Shown here piece after piece: positions 54,962 to 64,000 of a stretch of 64,000 nt of DNA. Positions within the stretch are counted from its first letter, which is position 1; each line of letters opens with the position of its first letter. The DNA is from Eledone cirrhosa. Taxonomy: Eukaryota. The stretch is taken from assembly GCA_964016885.1 (NCBI GenBank), contig OZ024741.1, positions 156,612,001-156,676,000 on the forward strand, given 5' to 3'. The notes under the pieces are model-generated. The model worked only from the letters and a program-made list of their open reading frames with translations. It made no database searches and had not been told where the DNA came from. The position numbers and the translations under genes were made by a program.

Positions 54962-55461
54962 TATATAAGTATGTATACGTATATACATATATGTATACAG
55001 ACGTACAGTAGTATGTATATATATACATACATGCACACATATATATATGTACGTATGGATTTACCGAGCATTTATTATAATGCTCGGTTTGTTTGTAAAC
55101 AAACATCCCGAATTAAGCCATACAGTGTTTAGCAACCATCGTTGCCCTTTTTGTTCAACACTGACAAAGGAACGATGTACTAGTTTCAAGCTTATTAGCT
55201 ATCGTCAGCATCGTATACCTTCCTGCCAGATGATTGAAAGTTTGAAAGTATATACTTTCCTTACGTATATTAACGGCTGAGCAGCCTAATTTGCATATCG
55301 AGTGAGTTAATCGACCGGGCGCACCGAAAACGATAAATGGAAAAAAAAATGAAACGATAAATCCATACGTACATATATATATATGTGTGCATGTATGTAT
55401 ATATATACATACTACTGTACGTCTGTATACATATATGTATGTACGTATACATACTTATATT
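54962..55461 (-). mobile_element. pLTR-like element with about 100-bp inverted repeats enclosing a hammerhead
   Basis: 54962-55063 is inverted at 55358-55461. Confidence 0.65.
55172..55214 (-). ncRNA. Minimal type I hammerhead ribozyme
   Basis: Minus strand reads acgatg-CTGACGA-tagctaataagctt-GAAA-ctag-TA-catcgt. Confidence 0.8.
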
Positions 55462-55546
55462 TAAGTAGAGCCGTACTAAGAGAGAGAAATGAAATTTCCT
55501 TTCACTTTTTCCATTTATATATATATATATATACATATATATATAC

Positions 55547-55586
<40 letters not shown>

Positions 55587-56099
55587 CGAGAAAATGTTAT
55601 ATATAGACATACTTCTATGTAATGTAAGTCAATTTCTTATCTGTTCATATTTCATATTTTCTTGTTAAAACAAATTTACAAGGAAAATGTCGCTATTTTC
55701 TTTATATTGGCTCTCTATTATTATCCAAGTCTTCTGTGAATCTGAATTCATGGAAGATGCCAGATGTCTTTACTCAGAGTTTAATTCCTGATTCCGTATA
55801 AATTTATACATCTAATGAATTGATTCTTTCTTTTTACTAGTTGTAGAACCTCATCAAGCTTGAAATTTTGAATTTTTCTCGCATAACTTCACTCATGTAC
55901 AATTTTAACCTTGTTTCCGATGTTTCTCTGTTTACGTCTCATAACATAATAGTTGGACAAATAAGAACTGGAGAAATAATTACAGAGTTCGATATGATTG
56001 ACTCATGAAGGTAGTGACGAACATAACCGTAGTTTTATGACCGTAACTAGTAAAAATTATATATATATATATATATATACGTATATATCCATTTATGTT

Positions 56100-56285
56100 T
56101 AGTGGTTCACCACTGGATAGAACTGGTCATGGAATGACCAGTTCTATCCAGTGGATTAGTTAAACATGATGTAATAGTAGGAACAGAACTCCACGTTATG
56201 CATCTTTGCTGTTGAATCATGTGGGTGGTGCAGGAACGGAGTTGAATATTGATTTAATTGCAATAACAGGAGGCCGTACTGGTGG
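56100..56285 (-). mobile_element. Diverged homolog of 1180-1345 with a palindrome at 56110-56154
   Basis: Shared gcctcctgttatt..aactccgt..gcaccacc..tgacca(g/a)ttctatccagtggtgaacca. Confidence 0.6.
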
Positions 56286-56299
56286 AGTTTAGAATCTTA

Positions 56300-57453
56300 A
56301 TGAAAAGGCATTCTGATGACTTAAAGGCAGAGCATAGTGATTTAAAAATTGCTTGCTTCCTGAAAGTTGTACGGTTTTGTTGTCAAATTTCACAAAGAGC
56401 TGAAAGCTGCTGACGGGGATTCGACAACAGTATCCAAACGTAAAATACCAGCTATTGGTCATAATGCCATCGGGACACCTAAATTTGTATGATAGGTGCT
56501 GAAAATCGTTGATAAGAACCCTAGAAAGACAATTAGCACTATTGCTAAGGAGCTCAACGTTTCAAGACACACTAGCGGAAGCATTGAGCATGAGAACCTT
56601 CGATACAAGTGATTTGGAGAGGTTAATTTCTATCTGCAAAGACAAACGGTAATTGTCTGATCCGCGCAAAGTGCTTGTTGAGCAAGTTGAATCATCAAGA
56701 GCCTGGAATATTTTGTTTTTTTCTCTAGTGAGAGAAATTTTGATCAGGAACAAAATGTCAACCAAAATGTCAACCAAAATGTCAACCAAAGCAATGACAG
56801 AGAACCTTAAGACATTCTAACAGTCACACATACAAAGTTTCCGGCAACTGCGATGTTCAGGGTGTCGTGTGCAGTGATGGAGGTGTCACCCCCACCCCCT
56901 CCACACACACACATCACTTCTTTCCTCTGGGCTTAAGGGTCAATGCTGCTTACTATGAGGAGGTGTTGGAGAAGGTTATGAGATCTTGGATACAGAACGT
57001 GAGCAAAGGAAAGCTGTAATCTTATCAACAAGACTGTGCCGTCTCAAACGACCAAGGCGGCCCAAGAATGGTCGATTTACAATCTCTACGATGACGTCAA
57101 TCCAAAGAAATGGCCTCCTAACGTTTCAGATCTGAATCCGTTGGACTATTACATATCGGGTGTAGTTGAGAGGGAAGTTACTCTACGTCACCATAAAACT
57201 ATCAAGTCTCTGAAGTCTGCCATAATTTGCACAATGTGCAAAATAGATAACAATCAAATAATTCGAGAATGTCAACGTTTCAGACCTTGTCATAGATGTT
57301 CAGACCTTGTCAACAGTGTTCTTAAGTAGATACGTCAAGAAGAGTTTCAAGATTATTCATGCCAATTTTTTTTCAAATAAATGTCTCCTTTCACTATTTA
57401 TGTGTCTTTTATAAAATCTATACAAATGTCCTCAAATAACTGAGCAGCCCTGT
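56300..57453 (+). mobile_element. Decayed Tc1/mariner transposon
   Basis: KWPPNVSDLNPLDYY (WPPNSPDLNP motif), upstream HTH/DDE remnants with stops, 3' end ..cagccctg-TA. Confidence 0.8.
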
Positions 57454-57490
57454 AACGTGTACACACATTTGTGCATATCTTTTACATTAA

Positions 57491-57595
57491 TACAGGATGT
57501 CCTCCAAAAATGTATGCACACCCAGATTACCTGTGCAGGCAATATTTATTAAAATGCACAACATGTGTGTATACATTTTTGTGGGACAACCTGTA
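57491..57595. mobile_element. Tc1/mariner-like MITE
   Basis: TA-caggatgtcctccaaaaatgtatgcaca ... tgtgtatacatttttgtgggacaacctg-TA. Confidence 0.7.
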
Positions 57596-57669
57596 TTAAT
57601 AGAAGGATATTAACGGAGTGTTAATAGGGGTCAGTAATCAAAACTCAGAAATAGATTACAATTGATAAA

Positions 57670-57858
57670 TAATTGTTTCTACTTTAGGCACAAGGCCAGC
57701 AATTACCCAGTGCATTACTGGTACTTTATTTTATCGACCCCGTAAGGATGAAAGGCAAAGTCAACCTCGGCAGGATTTGAACTCAGATCGTAAAGGGATG
57801 TAACTATGCTGGAAAGCATGGCGTCCGACCCTCTACCGAAACTGCCAATCCACCGCCC
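57670..57858 (-). mobile_element. Family A SINE with TSD
   Basis: Flanked by attacaatt(g/a)ataaataat. Confidence 0.88.
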
Positions 57859-58336
57859 TTTTATTACAATTAATAAATAATGATCAATAATTATTGGTAT
57901 TACCTATCGAACATTACCCATCAATTACCATTCATTAAATATCCATAACTGATAATCATTAATTATTTGTTATAAATAAGTTCATGGAAATCCTTTCTAT
58001 GAACCTATAGAAAAAAATGTATAATATAAACATGAGTTTTATTAAACTCGGGGTAATCAAATCAGATATATTTACATATTTACATAACTACCTAATTTGT
58101 GTAATGATTAAATATACTATATTTTATTCCAGGCAAAAATATATTCCAGGCAAAAATATACTAGAAAATGTTTGTATACTTATATATAGAAACATATTAT
58201 ACATAGATGTATAAAAAATAGCCATAAAATATAGTATTTAAAAATGTTATTATTAAGACTATAGATCAAATTATAAAATAGGTCTAAACTTGAAAGTTGA
58301 ATTAGAAGCTTTCGCTGTATTATCATACACATGTGA

Positions 58337-58646
58337 ATAGTCTACTAAAAGGTATATAAGCCAGCAGAAGGGAAGAAATGAACATCAGCACACGTGGGGG
58401 TCGAAAACACAACTCATGTTTTCCGGACAAATATGCTCCCATTAATACTAGTTTGTCGTCTTCTAAATAGACATGTTTATTTACTTAACGGCATTTAACT
58501 AAATATAACGAAAAGAAATGGGCGGATTTGCTAGTGTAAATAGTAAAACACTTGTCCGGCAAACTGGGCGTGAGGGTTCGACTCCACGTGTGCAGATGCC
58601 CATTTTTTCGGTTCATGGGAATTGTATGCCCTGTTATTAGACTATT
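58337..58646. repeat. Diverged inverted repeat with tRNA-like arms
   Basis: Termini aatagtcta../..tagactatt. cacacgtgggggtcgaa pairs with ttcgactccacgtgtg, and ccggacaa with ttgtccgg. Confidence 0.55.
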
Positions 58647-58681
58647 TTCTGAAGCCAAAATAAGCGTCTAATTCAATTTAC

Positions 58682-58754
<73 letters not shown>

Positions 58755-58999
58755 GGGAATAACGAAGCAAAGGACACACATGCAGAGAGAGAGAGAGAGA
58801 GAGAGAAAGGGGGAGGGAGAAATGGGGAGACGGAGATGGAGGGAGAGAGCAGGATAATTGTATAACGTCCATGAGTTTGGCTAGTCTCGGGGATCCAGTT
58901 GGATACAGTTGCTTCTAGCAGGACCCCCTGGAAGGAGTATTTGAAGACTCCATGACCCTCTCAGGAATGAGTCAACGAAAAAGAATAAATATGTATGTG

Positions 59000-59084
<85 letters not shown>

Positions 59085-59111
59085 GCGCGCGTGTGTGTGT
59101 GTGTGTATGTG

Positions 59112-59622
59112 TATGAATTTCGTATATCTAAAGATATAAGGTATGTTTAATAAATAAACATCTTGAAAGCCCTGCTATGAATGGAAGGCTGACGGCTAGT
59201 GCCGTCTAACGGATTCCAGCAGAAGCAGCGGAGGATAATTGTCTATGCATTTCGAACTTAATGGTTCTCATCAGGACAATGCTTCCTTCTTCCCACTACT
59301 GAAATTTGAGACAAGCGAAAATATATAGTGTTTTCACCTGTGTAAGTGGGCTGATTAGCCTCATTAGTATACAAAGCCGTATACGTTAGCTCCACTTAAA
59401 ATAGAATTGAAATTTAGCTTTGACATAGCTCTACACATACATACATGTTCGAAATGCATAGACAATTATCCACCGCTGCTTCTGCTGGAATCCGCTAGAC
59501 GGCAGCATTTTATTTATAGCTGGGCTTTTAAAATGTTTATTTATTAAACATACCGTATATCTTTAAAAATACAAAATTCACATACATGTATCTATATAGC
59601 TATGTCGAAGCTAAATTTTAAT
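59112..59622 (-). mobile_element. pLTR-like element with inverted partial copy
   Basis: 59112-59257 is inverted at 59447-59585. The inverted copy starts inside HHR stem II. Confidence 0.7.
59238..59280 (-). ncRNA. Minimal type I hammerhead ribozyme
   Basis: Minus strand reads attgtc-CTGATGA-gaac(cattaa)gttc-GAAA-tgca-TA-gacaat. Confidence 0.88.
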
Positions 59623-59626
59623 ACAC

Positions 59627-59743
<117 letters not shown>

Positions 59744-59936
59744 CATTTTGAATAATAATCGATTATTAATGAAAGAGAATTAATTTACCACAAAGTAAAA
59801 TCTAAGCATAAAGATAGAACTAAGTCTGCATATTAGGGTTAAGAAAAAAGTAGTGGTGCATTATTAAAACCTGTAAAATATATATAATATATTAGAATTT
59901 TAAATGAATTAAATAAGTGGATCAGAGGATCAAATA

Positions 59937-60019
59937 TACAAGGTGTCCCCGAAAATGTATACGCACTTGAACAGCATTCTAATCAGTATGTGTATACATC
60001 TTTGGGGGGACACCCTATA
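59937..60019. mobile_element. Tc1/mariner-like MITE related to 57491-57595
   Basis: tacaaggtgtccccgaaaatgtatac ... gtatacatctttgggggacaccctata. Confidence 0.65.
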
Positions 60020-60149
60020 TTTAAAGTTTAAGAGCTAGAAAAGAAAGGACTTTACTGAAAGAGTAAATATATAAGAACAATGTGGAGTAAATTTGAAATA
60101 TATAATATATAAAAATATAAATATGGCGGAATCCTAATCATCCTAAGGG

Positions 60150-61060
60150 GAGAAAATAATTTGGTCTATACTGTGCCATAAATATTATTAAAGAAAGAGC
60201 ATGATAATTTATGCAATGAAAATAAAATAACTTCATTTTCCCTATAGTTTCGACTTGACATAGTAATATCAAAAACTTTAGTTAAGCATAAGTTACATTC
60301 TGCTCTTTAATCTTTGTAAAATTTTACTTTGTTAATAATAAACCACTGAAGGCTACATTCGATTTTCGATTTGCCAAAATTCTACATGAATAGAGCGAGT
60401 GAAGAGCGATTTTTTTTTCTTATTTTCGTTCTTGAAAGACTGTAAATGCAAGCAGTATCTTCCTTAGATATGTTAGAAGTAGCGCCGATATAATGGTTTC
60501 TTATATTATTCACCGTAGTCATAGTACACTTATATATACTATATTTCCTAAGACAGCTTAAAGAGAGCACTTGACAGGTGATCAACAATTACAGTCAGAA
60601 TTAACAATCTTGGTATTAGTGGATATAGATTGCTTATTTTGATGGATATTTAGACGAGAATTTGAATCCTAATGATCATTAAAAAACATCATTTACAATT
60701 TTAGTTTCTTTGTCTAATTTAGTTGACGGATTTGTTATAATATTCATGTTTTCCTTGTCTTAGACAACATTTATATGAATTTTCCTATGGTTACTAAATC
60801 TTTTAAGTTATGTGTAGTTGAGAAATAAATTTTAATTGTATTTTTATTTATTATTTTATGGTAATTGTGGTCTTGAGGAAAGTTTTATTAATGATATCAA
60901 AACATAGCTTAGATGGTATTTGAACTCTAAATTGGGGATTATAGCATGTTTTTTACGTCTTCTATTTTTCTCCTTAGAAAGTGGTGTGACATATTATCCA
61001 TAGAAAGTATACCATTTTAGCTTATAATGTAACTTAATAAAAAAATTTCCATTTACCATA
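60150..61060 (-). mobile_element. Highly decayed Penelope-like element 3' part
   Basis: YNPQF..PQDHNYHKIINKNTIKIYFS and IYKCT..HYIGATSN are collinear with 37330-38013. Confidence 0.65.
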
Positions 61061-61329
61061 CTCGCTCTATCATGTCTGAGATAGAATAGATGCTGGTTTA
61101 TTATTCTCATGTCTGGAATAATCTAGAAAGTATTTTATCGCTCTATCATATCTGGGATAAACCATAGACTTGTCTATCGCTCTGTTATGTCTGGGATAAA
61201 CTAGAGAGTCATTTATAACTCTGCCATATCTTGACTTAACCACAGATGGGATATTTCCCAATTTGGAAAAGCAGTAGTGCTACTCCATTCTTTAGAAGTA
61301 CAATCATTATTACATTTATATATATTTCA

Positions 61330-62195
61330 GGACGGTGGATTGGCAGTGTCGGAAGAGCGTCGAACAACGTGTTTTGCGTCATATAGTTACGGCTCTTTAC
61401 GTTCTGAGTTCAAATTGCGCCGATGTTAACGTTGCCTTTCATCCTTACGTAGTCGATAAAATCGAGTACCAATAACGGATTGAGGTTGATTTAATCGACT
61501 TTCCCCTCCCATAAAAATGATGGGCCTTTGACAGTACCAGTCGCTCGGATAAATCTCCCGTCTGGATTTGAACTGAACTCCTGCTGAGGAAACGTTGCCT
61601 TAGTCTGGTTGTGTAATATTTGGAAATAATGCATGAATTCTTATTCATGCAAATGCTGTACATGGAACATAGAAACTATAGTCCTGGTATATGCATTATA
61701 CCCACGCTCAGCCGTTTTATTTACTAATTAATTCAAAGTGTCTACTCGGAATTATAAGTTCGTTTAAATCCCATTGAGGTTATCTTTGCGTTTCATCTTT
61801 AGGAAGTCGATAAAATAAATACCTGTAACGCACTGGGGTCGATTTAATCGACTTTCTCCTTCCCATCAAATTGCTGTATATTTTCTCATCATCATAGAAG
61901 TAATGAGATGCACACATGTATACTTAATTATATATATTAATTCTATTGGAATTAGTGTAAATTGCTGTAACATATAATTGTTTCTACTTGAGGCACAAAA
62001 CCAACAATTTGAAAGGGTGGGAAAAGTCGATTAAATCGACCCAAGTTCATTACTGGTTCTTTATTTATTGAGCCCGTAAGGATGAAAGGCAAAGCTAAAC
62101 TCGGCGGGATTTAAACTCAGAAGGTAAAGGATCATAACTCTATGCTACGAAGCATGTTTACCGACTCTCTACTGATTCTACCAATCCAATGTCCT
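61330..62195. mobile_element. Cluster of three diverged family A SINEs: about 61330-61530 (+), 61755-61875 (+), 61975-62190 (-)
   Basis: Family core recognisable in each. Confidence 0.7.
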
Positions 62196-62212
62196 TATGG
62201 TAATATATAATA

Positions 62213-63223
62213 CTAGCTGAATTACCCCTGCGTCGCCCGGGTTACTGCTGTTCTTATTCAGATTAGTAAACAATAAATATGAAGATATGTTTGATTTTTT
62301 CATAGTTATTTCAAAATATCTATATTTTATTTTTAAAATATCAGAATTGTAATGATAATAGAATTTAGAAATGAAAATCTGTCAATCTTGAAGCACCTTA
62401 GGGTAAACAATATTCATTGTGCAATTCATGTATGTGTAGATGTGTGTGTGTATTTAATAACGTACCTAATGAACGCGCAAACACACACACACACTCACGG
62501 ACACATACATATTCATATATAAAATGTGACGTCCTATTGTTTTAATCCAAATGTAAATAAAAATGATCACACATACACTCACACACACATAAACTCTCAC
62601 ACACACACACATACACTCTCACATACACTCACACACACACTCACACATATACTCACACATACACCCACACACTCTCACATACACTCACACACATATAGTA
62701 AAACAGACACACACAGAAACACATTCACGCACACCTGTTTGTCATCACACATGTATCTATATGTGTAGATGTGTTTTTAATTGTCTGTCTGCACACTCAC
62801 ATACAAAATGTGACATTGTCGTGATGGTGGTGGTGGTTTACAATAGTTGACTAAAGAAAATATCGTTATGTCAGTCAACACATATACACTCACACACATT
62901 ATGTGTATGTATGTGCAGATGTGTGAGTGTTTAATTCTCTGAGGCCTAACATACATGACAAACACACACACACACTCATACACATACACACTCATATACA
63001 AAATGTGAGTCGTCGTCGTCGTGGTTTACTATAGTTGACTATAAAAATATTATTTTTAAAAAAATCTTATATTGTTTTAATCCAAATGAAAATAAAAATT
63101 ACATGTTGACACTACCGGGGTCTAATACTATTAACCTTGTAAAATTTGATTTGATTTTGTCCAGACGTTAGAAAATGCATAGGAACAGACAGACAGTGAG
63201 ACGAAGAATTTTATATAGAGAGA
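62213..63223 (-). mobile_element. Non-autonomous Helitron (Lep1-like)
   Basis: Minus strand starts TC (tctctctatataaaa..(ctgt)n) and ends with hairpin cccgggcgacgcagggg then CTAG. Inserted between A and T. Confidence 0.8.
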
Positions 63224-64000
63224 TATACACTATAGGAAAATTTTGTTTGTATGTATGTGTGTATGTGTGTATGTTTGTTTGAGTGTAACTGCGTATGTAT
63301 GTAGGTTTGTATGTATATGGGTATGTGTGTATATGTACATATGTGTATGTATGTATCTATGTATGTACTTACGTATGTATGCATGTGTGTGTCTGTGTCT
63401 GTATATCTATATATGTATGTATGCACTCATGTATGTGTGTAAATGTATATGTATTTATATGTATGTATATGTACATATGTTTATGCATGTGCATGTATGT
63501 ATGCACTCATGTATATGTGTGACTGTATAGATGTTTATATGTATGTAATGTACCTATGTGTGTGCGTGTGTATGTATATATGCACTCATGTATGTGCCCA
63601 ACCAACCAAACTTATATGGTTATAAAAACGATGTATAATTATGGTACATAAATACAACTGTATATTGTGGTTGACTTATTAATATTTTTTTTTTAATCCT
63701 TATTTTATTTACCGCTTGCCTTCGTCTTAGGTACATAGCGTACTATGTAGGCGTTATAACAATGCGTATTTTTCGATTCGTTTTTTCTAGTCCAAGGGCT
63801 GAACTAAATAAAATATTATGAGTCCAAAATAAAGTCGGGAACATATTGCATGTTTGTTCCAAATTTGAAGGAAATCGGATGTAAAATGTAGAAGTTATTG
63901 ACAATAATGATATTTTGATTTGGGTTTTCTCTTATAGAGGGCGCAATAGAGAGAAATTTGAAAATGTAATGCATATATACGAAGGGCAGGAGCATAACGC

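Overview
This is AT-rich animal DNA, dense in microsatellites, with no intact host gene recognised. The repeat families resemble those of octopus/cephalopod genomes, which is an inference from memory and not from a search. The window holds decayed Penelope-like elements (PLEs, RT + GIY-YIG), RTE and CRE-like LINE remnants, a Tc1/mariner remnant, hAT and Tc1-like MITEs, a non-autonomous Helitron, about 15 tRNA-derived SINE copies and a 4.4-kb array of a 48-bp minisatellite. The main find is at 3072-6152: near-identical, non-coding 470-bp units, each with a complete minimal type I hammerhead ribozyme (HHR) and many internal hairpins. They form two divergent arms inserted in (TA)n, which looks like a young retrozyme that could yield about 470-nt self-cleaved, possibly circular RNAs. 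About seven other HHR-bearing or HHR-remnant families occur in the window, mostly in (TA)n and mostly with fold-back inversions. All calls were made by eye, with no folding or database search.
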